In this document: positions 24,885 through 35,881 of the stretch, in pieces
How positions within the stretch are numbered: the first letter of the stretch is position 1
How the letters are laid out: the number at the start of each line of letters is the position of its first letter
Source of the DNA: Geosiphon pyriformis uo1
Taxonomy: Eukaryota > Fungi > Glomeromycota
Assembly: GCA_016748015.1 (NCBI GenBank)
Contig: JAAOMT010000332.1
Coordinates: forward strand, 25,317 to 71,283
DNA: 45,967 bases
Direction: 5' to 3'
Translations under genes and position numbers: made by a program
The notes under the pieces: model-generated
Seen by the model: the letters and a program-made list of their open reading frames with translations, nothing else
Databases searched by the model: none
What the model was told of the DNA's origin: nothing

Positions 24885-25871
24885 TATTACCGGAGGTTTT
24901 TGGTCTCTTTTTTGTAATGTTGTTAATACTTATTTGCTGTGAATTCACGTTTTCTGGGTGTGGTTGAACCTCCAGTAACTGAATTTTTTAACTTCAAATT
25001 ATCTTCTATAATTTGAACTTGCTGGGCTTATGAGTAGAATGGCCAATTTTATGCCAGTTGCTTTATGTAGTTATATTGTAGTAAACGTCAACTCTTTCCC
25101 AGGAATTGCTCGTCTGGAAGCTCACTAAAAATGTGTAGTTACTTTGCTGTAAAAGTCAACTCTTCTACAGAAATCTCGTCTGTAGGCTATCCTAATAATT
25201 GTAATAAGAAAAGAAAAAGAAAAATAAAAGAAATGTAAAAGAAATAGAATTTTGTCAAGAGAAACGTTTTCTATCCAGGCCTGGAGTCACTAACAGTTTA
25301 CTGAAATTGGTAGCTAATCAATTTCGAAATGTTAGTTGGGTTTTGGGAATTTTCCAAGTGCAATAATTAAAGAGTTTGGTTTTTTCAAATTATTTGATAT
25401 TTATTTTTTTTGTGTGTATAGGAATAGTTCTAAGGGATAAATCTAAAGTAAGATACATTTTCTCAAAGAGAAAAGCTCTTTTTTTATACAATTTGTTGTA
25501 ACACTATTCTATGAACTTGAACTTTGCTATTTTCTACAATTTCACTGAACTACAGATATATTTTGGTGAACTACAAGTTATTTCGGCGAACTATTAGATA
25601 TTTCAGTGAACTATCAATTATTTCAGCGAATTTCTATAAATTTTGGCGAACTTTTGAATGTTACATAGTTTGGGGTATTGCATGATTGATCATCGCAATT
25701 AGGTTACATTTGTGTTGTGTACAATTTGGGTTATTAATTAAATGATAATTTCGGACATTTTTTGCTAATATAATAAGTGATAATTTGAAACGATAATATA
25801 TGCTAATTAATAATAGGAATTATAAAATAGTTTTATGCTAAATGATATATTTCTAATTTCGTTTGGTAATA
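24885..25871 (-). repeat. 5' LTR of element B
   Basis: Decayed termini TATTACC...GGTAATA; direct repeat of 16033-17000. Confidence 0.92.
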
Positions 25872-28800
25872 CCATCTTCATCAACCAATCAACAGTGGCA
25901 ACAGGAAACGCGTATCTGTCACTATTGTGGTAAACAATGACATATCCAAATTGACTGTCGCCAGCATCTAAATAACCAACAATCAGAAAATCAATATTGA
26001 AACCCTGATCGCCGGTTCCAAACTCTGAATTACTATTCAAATCAGAATCAAGACCAATATCAAAATAATTACCTGCCCATGATGCAGCAACCAATCTATC
26101 ACCCACCAGTATATCAATCTCCGATTCATCAGCCACAGCCACAAGTAATATATCAACTGCAGCCACAAATTATCTATCAACCCCAACCAATTCAAACACC
26201 AACCCAGAATCTAACTCAAATGACATCAGGCAACTCTCAATCCAGAGTCACTCAAAACTGGAGATCAGCGATAGTTGTTCACCAACCAATCCCCAGTTCA
26301 CTAAACTCACTATCAGGATCACACACCCGGAATTTGGACACCAGTCGCGTCTAAAACCCAAATTCTCAACATTATTTAAGTCTTCTAGTTACCCTAGAAA
26401 ACGCCACCTCCAACAACACAGAAATCAATCAGCATGTACTTACCAACACCATTCCACTGGCAACCATCTTTAGCGATGAATTCTTAGCAGCCATCTTTCC
26501 TTTCGAACTCGAAGAAAACACAACAATACCGTTATTCAGTGGAGCCACTCTCAAAGAGAAACCCATAATAGCAATGTACACAGATGCCAGAATTAATAGT
26601 CACCCCATCAAACTCATCCTAGATAGTGGATTAGCTGGCAGCATAATCACTAGACAACTCATAAATCAATTAGGTCACCGAGTTGATCAAGCTGCCAGTG
26701 CCAGAATTATTGCAGCCAATGGAGTGACCAAAACTTTAATCAGTGAAATCGACAATTTCCTTTTTGAAGTCAATGGCATTATGACTCCTATTAAAGTTCT
26801 AGTAATAGAAGCCACTCAATACCAAGCTCTCATTAGTAATGACTGGCTATTCAAAGCCAATGCAATATTAGACTGGAACACCCAAGAACTTCAGCTAATG
26901 TATTAGGGCCAACACATATGTGTTCCGGCCATATGTGGCCACTTCAAAACTTCTCCAAGAGAGAAACTATTGATCGAACTGGAGGAGGAGAAAGAAAAGC
27001 CTACCTGGGAAGCCTACCAAGTGTCGTGGGCTGATGAAGAGCACAACAAACTACCACCAATACTCTCCTGGGATGATGACAACAAAGAAAAAGGGAAACA
27101 AAAGAAAGAACTTACCTGGGAAACCAATGACCTGACATGGACCGACAATGATGAGAGTGAACCGACTTCAAGCTGGGAATGGGAAGAAGACAAAGAAAAT
27201 AAAAAGAAAGGAAAGGAAAAAGAAACCACTTAAACTACCACCACTTATAACATCTGCACTATACTACAACGATCTACCTATTGTCAACCTAAGCTTATAT
27301 GCGTCGATTGTGGTAAGAAATTGTCATCAATGGGCACACACTGTGGCGACGATGAGGAATACCACACTGCAACAAAGTTCTACTGTCGTCCATGCATGTT
27401 CGAACACTTTGGACAACCAAAAAGGCAAGGAAAATGGAATAACCAACCTTGTCTCACTTGTGGAGAAACTCTATTAGATAAAGGGATGTGGAACAACATC
27501 CCCGGACGTGGAGGAACATGCGACGTGTTGTGTCAATACATGATTCTAATAAGCGACTGGGTAAGGAAAAGAACTCCAATAGAAGCAGCCTGGAGAAGAG
27601 CCATGTAATGACTGGACAGTTGTCCTCATGATGACGACGAAATGTGGAGAATGGCAATCACAAAAATAGAAGGAGTGACACCTGAAGAGATCAGAGAAAT
27701 CAAAAACAACCTCCCGGAACCCATAGAACTTGACTGGGATCCAGAACCAGTCATAAATCTTTTAGATCCAGAGCAGTTCTACGAACATTACCAGAAATTG
27801 GCACCTACCTGAAAAGAACAAAAGCAATGCTTGGAGAAAATAAACATGCGACTATGTGACCACTGTTTGATTCCATGTGACTTCTAATATTGTAATGAGT
27901 GTGACCTCATGTACAATCCACCACCACGCATGATCTACTCAATCCCTGAAGAAGAAGAACCAATCAGCAGATGTGCATCAGAATCGGAATCAAAATTCAA
28001 TCTTGATTCAAATCCCAACAACAATGACAATGAAAACACCGGTTCCAGTTCTGTTTAATATGGCCACAACAATGATAATGAGGCCAACTCAGATTCCAAC
28101 TCTGATTTAAACTACAAATAATACATTACACTACCAGATCTATCCAAGGAACAAAAATTGAAATGGTATAGTGACAATGGAGAAAGTATTATGCCAGAAC
28201 GAGTGCATGATACAGATGCAGGATTTGATCTGAGGTATCCAGGAAAAGAGGCCATCAAATTGGAACCACATTCACGCACCTGCCTTGATCTGAAAATAGC
28301 ACTAGAAATTCTGGCAACAACCATGGTTCAATTAGCATCTAGGAGTAGTTTAGCAAAAAGAGGGATCAATATAAGAGGAGGAATAATTGATGCAGGATAT
28401 GTAGGAAATATCATCGCTATGCTACAAAATGACTTGGAGAAGACCTATATAATAGAGCCCAATGAAAAGATAGCACAGGCAATATTCCTGCCTCTGGTTA
28501 GAATAGCTCGGTTAGTATCAGTGAGCAAGAGGGAGGAATTAGGAATAACGGCGAGAGAAATACAGGGATTCGGATCCATAGGTAGAATAAATGTACCAGT
28601 TAATATGGTAGAGAAAGAAATTGTTGGCTAAGGAGAAATTATCTCAACCGGTCAAGCTATTTCCATCCCACCATATAGCCAGTACATGTTAGCAATAGAA
28701 AGGAAGGAAAAGGAGCAAGAACAGATGTTTGAAGCAGAAGCAACTCTTTGTGAATCAGGAGAGATTGGATTAATCAATCTCCACATACCAGCCAAAAGCT

Positions 28801-30416
28801 ATAGCAGCATAAAAATTCCCATTTACAACAACACTGGCAATGTCATCAGCATACTAGAAGGAACCACTATCAGATGATTAACCACAGAAATAGAAGACCA
28901 ACCACCAAACCCCATTCCAGACTTTCCACAACTTTGTGAATATGTTGACATCACATCACAAACAATCTATGGACGAAATGAATGTTATTTGCTCCAACCA
29001 GAACAATTGGAATAAATGAACATGGGAAACTTAGATCCACTCTAATGTATGCAGTTCAAGATGTTACTCAACAATTTCAATGACATCTTTGCCAGCGAAA
29101 ATGAGTTTGGCCAAACTGATATCATCCAGCATCAGATCAAGACTGGAGATGCAATGCCAATTAAGCAAATAGCATACAGAGTACCACCAGCTAGCCATGA
29201 GATTATTTGTCAAGAGATAAACAGAATGCTTGACAACGGGCTAATTCAACCATCAATGAGTCCATAATCATCACTAGTGGTACTCGTCCGTAAGAAAAAT
29301 AGAAAAATCCGGTTTTGTGTAAACTACAAGAAACTCAATAGTGTAATTCATGGAGACAGTTATCCAACTCCATGAATATAGGAATTATTCGATGCTTTCA
29401 GTGGGAACAAATGGTTCTCTACATTAGATTTAGACAGTGGTTACTGACAAGTAGCCATGAATCCAGCTGACAAAGAGAAGCCGGCATTTACTACTAGAGA
29501 AGAGAATTTCAAATTTGAAGTAATGCCATTCGGCTTAACCAATGCCCCAGCAACTTTCCAATGGCTAATGGAAATCGTGTATACTGGCTTATTGTGGAAA
29601 TCAGTAGTTGTATACTTGAACGACACCAATGTATTCTCAAAGACGTTTGATGATCATCTCCATCATCTTCAACAAGTGTTCGAAAGACTAAAAAGAGCAG
29701 GACTAAAGTTAAATGCAACAAAGTGCTTCTTTGGCAAGACAAAACTCAAATTCTTGGGACATATAATCAGCAAAGATGGCATCAAAACAGATCCAGAGAA
29801 AATAGAGATAGTAAAGAACTTTCCGGTGCCAACCAATATCACAGAACTGAAATCATTCATAAGATTTGCCAGCTATTATCATCATTTTATCAAGAACTTT
29901 TCCAAGATAGCGCAGCCACTCAACCAACTACAACACAAAAATGCGAAATATGAATGGACAGAAAGTCAACAAGAAGCTTTTGATATTCTAAGGAAAAAGC
30001 TCATTCAAGCTTCAGTACTAATCTATCCAGATTACAGCAAACCATTCATTATCACCACCGATACATCTGGCCAAGCAGTGGAAGCAGTATTATCTCAGAG
30101 AGGACCAGACGGCAGAAAACATCCAGTAGCATATGCCAGCAGAGGTTTAACACCAGCCAAAAAAAACTATGGAACACCGGAACAAGAACACTTAGCAATA
30201 TACTGGGCCGTAATGAAATAGAAAGAATACTTGAGCCAGAAGTTCGAAGTATACACAGATCAAAAGGGATTAACATCACTCCAAAAACAAGAATTTGGAG
30301 ATGGAAGACAGTCAAGATAAAAAATGGCACTCGCACCATACAATTATACTATACATTACAAAAAGGGAAAAGACAACAGAAATGCTGACAGTTTGTCGCG
30401 AATAAGACAAATTTAA
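25872..30416 (+). pseudogene. pol: Element A polyprotein, 3' part: NC-PR-Cys domain-dUTPase-RT-RH
   Basis: CCHC 25917-25958 (CHYCGKQ*HIQIDC); LILDSG at ORF 26574; dUTPase ORF 28158; RT MPFGLTNAPATFQ...YLND; RH TDTSG...HPVAYAS; all in one frame; ends NADSLSRIRQI*. Confidence 0.92.
28158..28590 (+). pseudogene. dut: dUTPase domain of element A
   Basis: DAGFDL, SRSSLA, GGIIDAGYVGNI, KIAQAIF, REIQGFGSIG. Confidence 0.92.
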
Positions 30417-30477
30417 GAACATTTCAACCCAAAAATATAACAAAACCAGAACAATATCAACGAAAATATAACAAAAG

Positions 30478-31860
30478 ATGAACATACAAAAATATCAACA
30501 ACTGCAACATTATATAAACACTCACCAGTTCAAGGAGAATTTATCTCAAATGGAACGAAAGAGTATCAAACAACAATCAAAATATTTTATCATTCACCAA
30601 AATATACTTTATCAGAAAAATAGAAAAGATCCAGATTAACCAACCAGAGTAGTTACGGAACCAGAAAAAGAGATAATATTGTTCAACATGCACTCAAATC
30701 TCACAGCAGAACATTTTTACAAAGAAGCAACCATAGAAAGAACTAGAAAAAAATACTATTGGCCATCAATGTATCCAGACATCATTCAATATGTTCAAAA
30801 TTGTGATGCTTGTCAGCGAAGAGGAGGAACAAGACCCAGTGAACCATTAAGACCAATCAAAGTGGAACAACCATTTAACCGTATGGGAATTGATTTAGTC
30901 GGACCATTAACAATCACCAGCAGAGGAAACAGATACATAGCAGTGGCTATGGACTATTTCACTAAATGGCCAGAGCCAAAAGCAATTCAAAGAGCGGATG
31001 CAAAATCTGTGGCCAAATTTGTTCATCAGGATTTGATTTGTTGACATGGATGTCCAAAAGAATTATTATCAGATCAAAGAACTCATTTTGTGAACAGAAC
31101 ATTAACAGAATTGAGCCAAAGATTCGGAATCAAGAGACCATTATTATCACCATACTATCCACAAACCAACGAATTAGTAGAAAGATTCAACAGAACATTG
31201 TGTAAAGCAATAGCCAAGCTCAGCCAAGAAAACCAGAACGATTGGAATTTGTTCATACCATTAGTACTATTTGCTTATCGAACAATAAAACAGGATACTA
31301 CACAAGCAACACCATTTGAATTAGTATACGGGAGAATAGCAACATTACCAGTAGAGAAAGAAATTAACACATATCCAGCTAAACCAATAACAGAGGAAAA
31401 TTTTCAAAAAACATTGCTGAGAAGAACATATGACTTAATGGAAACATTGGAAAACAAATGAAGAAGAGCAGCTGGTAATATCTAAAAGTCACAAGAAACA
31501 CAGAAAGAAAGACACGATAGTCAATTACCAGACAAACCAGTTGAATTCAAGATCGAAGACAAAGTATTATTACATCATACCAAAGTGGAAAAACAATGGA
31601 ATGGAAAATTTGACCCCAAATGAGATGGACCATTTCACATAGAAGAAATTCTAGGAAATGGAACTTACAAATTAAGATTGGATAACAAAATTTTAACCAA
31701 AGCAGCACATAAAGATCGACTGAAACCATATCACAATATCACACTACCATCTATCAGTAATATCCCACAATTAGGAGTACAGAGAATACTAGTTCAACCA
31801 GATGAGATTCCACAAGATCTGAAACCAATTATTATTATCAACAACAACATGTTAAATTGA
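30478..31860 (+). pseudogene. Element A integrase, separate ORF (~460 codons)
   Basis: Own ATG (MNIQKYQQL); HHCC; IDLVGP...DYFTKW...SDQ...ERFNRT; GPF motif; no chromodomain seen. Confidence 0.9.
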
Positions 31861-31914
31861 TCCACCAAAAGAATATATAAAGACATAATAGACACAACAG
31901 GAAATATCAGAAAA

Positions 31915-32544
31915 ATGGAAATTACAGACAACATTCACTCACTAGCACAACAACTCTTTTAATTAATCCAACACCAGGAAATGGGGATTACAATCAATCA
32001 ACAAACCATTCGATATCAAGATACTAGAAAAACATTTCAACTCAGAACACAGAAAAAAACTGAAAATACTGTGGATAAAATCATGGCGAAAGTAAAATTA
32101 GCAATAAAAGAATCGACAAAAGAGTCACTATATCAAGAGTTGACTAAAGAAACTTGGAATTGGTGGATACAACAATTCTCACAAAACTATTGTTATTTTT
32201 ACTTGGGACAACACGTAAATATTCAGAATTTATATATGGATAAAACAAAGCAATTATTCGACAAAAAAATACTACAACAATTAGAACATTTTGTGGAAAA
32301 GAACAACTTATTCACACAAGCCCAAGCAATATACCGAATACATACAGCATTTCAAGATAAACCAGAAATATTACTCAACAGAGCAATGGATATGGTTACC
32401 AGTAATCAATTGAGGAAAATCACCAATGCTCAATTTGAAGAATTACAGACCCAAATAACACAAGTAATTCTCAAAAATGAAATTCAGGAAATATTTCAAG
32501 AAGAAGAATTACATGAGTTAGATTTCAACAGAGCTCAATATTAA
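31915..32544 (+). pseudogene. Element A ORF3 (unknown function, ~209 codons, one early TAA)
   Basis: ATG at 31915 (MEITDNIHSLAQQLF) is in frame with ORF 31981..32544; ends at the PPT. Confidence 0.75.
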
Positions 32545-32558
32545 AAAGGAGGGAATAA
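32543..32558 (+). promoter_or_regulatory. Polypurine tract of element A
   Basis: AAAAAGGAGGGAATAA immediately before the 3' LTR. Confidence 0.85.
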
Positions 32559-33439
32559 TGTTACTCATAGAAATATAGAAAATATATTAGTATAATTATT
32601 AGCCAATCAGAAGTAAGCATAGTAAATGTGGAATTCTAGGATTCCTCTCAAGAATTGCAGGATTCTAAGAATTTCAGGATTTCCAATGAGGAATTTCAGG
32701 ATGCCAGAATTCCAGGATTTCTTTCAAAGAAATCGCAAAATTTCAGGAATTCCAGGATTCCTGTCATGAAAAATCAAGAAATTGAGAAATCTCAATTATG
32801 TATATATAGCAGTAGTGTTAGAAACAGAAAAAACATAATTGAAAACCACAGAATCTTTAGCTTAGAAACACAATCATCAAATAAATAATTATTTCATATC
32901 AATCCACTCTCCACTATCAACACTTCATGTTGATAGTAATTGATACTTAACCATACTGGAACAATAGCTCTTGATCACAGCTATTGACAAGATACTAATC
33001 TGCAAATCACCTTGGCTTATTTCTTTTCTTTCCTTATTTTCTTTTATTTCTTTTCTTTATTTTATTTTTTTGATTTGTTGTTGTATACTAATTGATTAAA
33101 GATTAAAGTGCTGAGTTATTGACGTCAAAAATAGCCTGGTAAAAGACCCAGAAATAAGGGTAGAATTTTATATATTATTGGATAGCTTACCAGAAAGGCA
33201 CAACTGCCAGACTAAATCTGGCCACCACGCTGAGAAAGAAATTGGGAAAACTCTTGGAAGATATCAACACTATTGAATCTCTGTCTATTATACAAAGAAC
33301 TCAACCAAAACCTTCAGACTCAACCAAAACCTTCAGATTCCATCAAAACCTTCAGATCACTATCAACTGCAATTAGCTTTGAGCACCAAGTTATGGGTTT
33401 GTTATTTAAATTCAACAGCAGAAATAATCACCTGTAACA
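32559..33439 (+). repeat. 3' LTR of element A
   Basis: 881-bp direct repeat of 13445-14325. Confidence 0.95.
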
Positions 33440-35881
33440 CTAAACACTAAAAAATTTGCATATCAAGACCAAAAAAGCTCTGGAGAAGCCACTGGACAAA
33501 ATTAATTTCTTGAGTGATGACAATAATAATAATGTTTTATTAGATGTCTCCTTAGTTTTTTTTCTTCTTTAAAGATTTTGGTTAACATTCTGGTTAAAAA
33601 ATTATTTACTTTAGATATTGGCTTAAATAAAGTGGTTGAGAAATCCTTTCAAGAAAAGCTAGTGGTGATTAGAAAATTATTTTCAAAAGTTAATAGTTTT
33701 GAGGGAGTCTCTACTTCCTCAAAATTTTCTGGAAACATCTAAGCAATGTTTACTTTTAAATCAAGCTTGGCTTAAATATCTGATATGGCTAAGAATGTAA
33801 AAATCTTAGTAAACACTAATCTTAAAAAATCTACTAGTTGTTCAGATTGGACTGTAGTAGTAAAAAAAATTCCAGTTGGAACATTGGCTGAGACTGTGTA
33901 TACTGCACTATCTGAGTTTGGTATTATTAAGTTGATTAAAATATAGTTAGTAAGTCTTTGACAGAAAGCTATTATTAAATTTGAACAAATGAATCAAGCC
34001 AATTTGGCTGTAACAAAGTGGTCTATCTTAATTAAGAAAGATGCAGTTTGTATTGCTAGGGCTGATATGAACAAGAAATCATAGGATGCAAGAGATAGTC
34101 ATAAGATATTGTTGTATATTTTACTAGTGAAAACAAATACACATGATATTTGGGATTTTATTAGATTAGCTGGTGGTAAAACTTGTGTCATTGATTGTTA
34201 TTCAGTCATATATGTCTGATTCAGATATGCTGTAGTGTGTTTTGACTCTGCCAATTTACTTAATACTATCATGAAAACCACTTTAGTTCTAAAAGGTGCC
34301 AATTTGTACTGGTGTTACCAGAGATTTTTGGTCTCTTTTTTTAAATGTTGTTAATGTTGATTTGCTGTGAATTCATGTTTCCAGGAAGTAATTGGACCTC
34401 CAATAACTGAATTTATCTTCAAATTATCTTCTATAATTTGAACTGCTGGGCTTATAAGTAGAATGGCCAATTTCTTACCAGTTACTTTATGTAGTTACAT
34501 TGTAGTAAATGTCAACTTTTTCTCAGAAATTGCTTATCTGGAAGCTCACTAAAAATGTGTAGTTACTTTGCTGTAAAAGTCAACTTTTCTACAGGAATCT
34601 TATCTGTAGACTACCCTAATAATTATGATAAAAAAAGAAAGAAAAATAAAAGAAATATAAAAAAAATAGAATTTATTAAGAGAAACATTTTCTATTCAGG
34701 CCTGGAGTTACTAACAGATTATTGAAATTGGTAGCTAATCAATTTCAAAACGTTAGTTGTGTTAAAAAAATTTTAGTGTAATAATTTAAGGATTTGGTTT
34801 TCGAATGTTTAGTTTTTATTTGAATGTATAAAAGGTAATTTGTTTTAATTAAGATATCTGAAGTAGGATACTATGGTAAGATACTATGAGAAGATACATT
34901 TTCTTGAAGAGAGAAGCTCTTTTTTTATACAACTTGTTGTAGTACCAGTTTTTGAACTTGCACTTTTCTTTTTGCTACAATTTGGGTAACCTAAAGATAT
35001 ATTTTGGCGAATTTTGACTATGTTAAATGGTTCAGAGTATTGTGTAATTTGATCATCTTAATTTCTAGAGTACAAATCAGATTATTGATTGAGTAATGAT
35101 ATTTGATAATTTAATTAACTAATAAATAATAATTGAAATAATAATAATATATGCTAATTAATAATAGAAATTATGAGAGTAATTTCATGCTAATTAATAG
35201 CTAAAATTCTACTGGTAACACTGGTCTTGGCTGGGTTTCTCCAAATATGCTAAGTATGGAAAAATAGAACATATATTATTAAGCTGTGCTTCTAGTAAAA
35301 AAAATTCTTATGGTGTTTTTTCTTATAAGATGCTTTCTAAAGAAAATAAAAACAGATTGGCTTCCATCTATGCCAAGTATTCAGCTTTGATTGTTTACTT
35401 TGTTTTATTTGGTAGTGCTTCTTGGGTAAAAATTGTGAATAAGTTTTCTTTTTCTCCTTTTCCTGTACATAATAGTTCAGATAATTCTGGTTTCTCTTTG
35501 GAAATAAAATCTACTCTGCTGATGTCTATAAAATTGAACAATAAGTTTGCTACTCTTAAATGTAGTCTTGCCAGTCTTATAGAACATGTTGACAAATTGG
35601 CTAAAAGATTAGATATATTTGGGCCAATAGTTTCTTAGCCTAGTCTTAAATGTTAGCTATTAATAATTTCTTTATTACAGAATTAAGGGACAGATATAGT
35701 AATAAGTAAGAGTTTAGGTGTAACTATTAGTAACAAAACTATTGTAAAAATGATGATTTTTGACTTTTTGGTTATCTTAAAAATAGAAAACACTTTGAAC
35801 AATTTGTTAGTTATGATTATGGGTCTATTAGCCAAAATAAACAATGCTGATTTGGTTCTTGTCACTATCTTTTCCCAATAA
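33440..35881 (+). pseudogene. LINE ORF1, remainder (RRM-like region, decayed CCHC knuckle, coiled coil), split by a solo LTR
   Basis: VVVKKIPVGT...ALSEFGIIK (RRM-like); KYAKYGKIEHILLSC at ~35245 is a decayed CxxCxxxxHxxxxC; ORF 35330..35638. Confidence 0.7.
34313..35220 (-). mobile_element. Solo LTR of the element-B family
   Basis: TGTTACCAG...CTGGTAACA, homologous to the B LTR, flanked by 4-bp TSD CTGG (34309-34312 / 35221-35224). Confidence 0.92.

Larger units (their letters stand above)
16033..25871 (-). mobile_element. Ty3/gypsy LTR retrotransposon B (dUTPase-carrying), inserted in the gag of element A
   Basis: LTRs at 16033-17000 and 24885-25871, PBS 24871-24882, PPT 17001-17016, full domain set; A gag resumes at 25872. 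Confidence 0.95.
13445..33439 (+). mobile_element. Complete Ty3/gypsy LTR retrotransposon A (dUTPase-carrying), with element B nested in it
   Basis: Two 881-bp LTRs TGTTAC...GTAACA, TSD CTAA (13441-13444 / 33440-33443), PBS, PPT, and domain order PR-RT-RH-IN. Confidence 0.95.

Noticed and set aside
31560-31860. Integrase chromodomain
   Set aside because: After the GPF module there is only a short Pro/Ile-rich tail without chromodomain aromatic motifs
31915-32544. env gene
   Set aside because: No signal peptide, transmembrane helix or furin/fusion-peptide pattern
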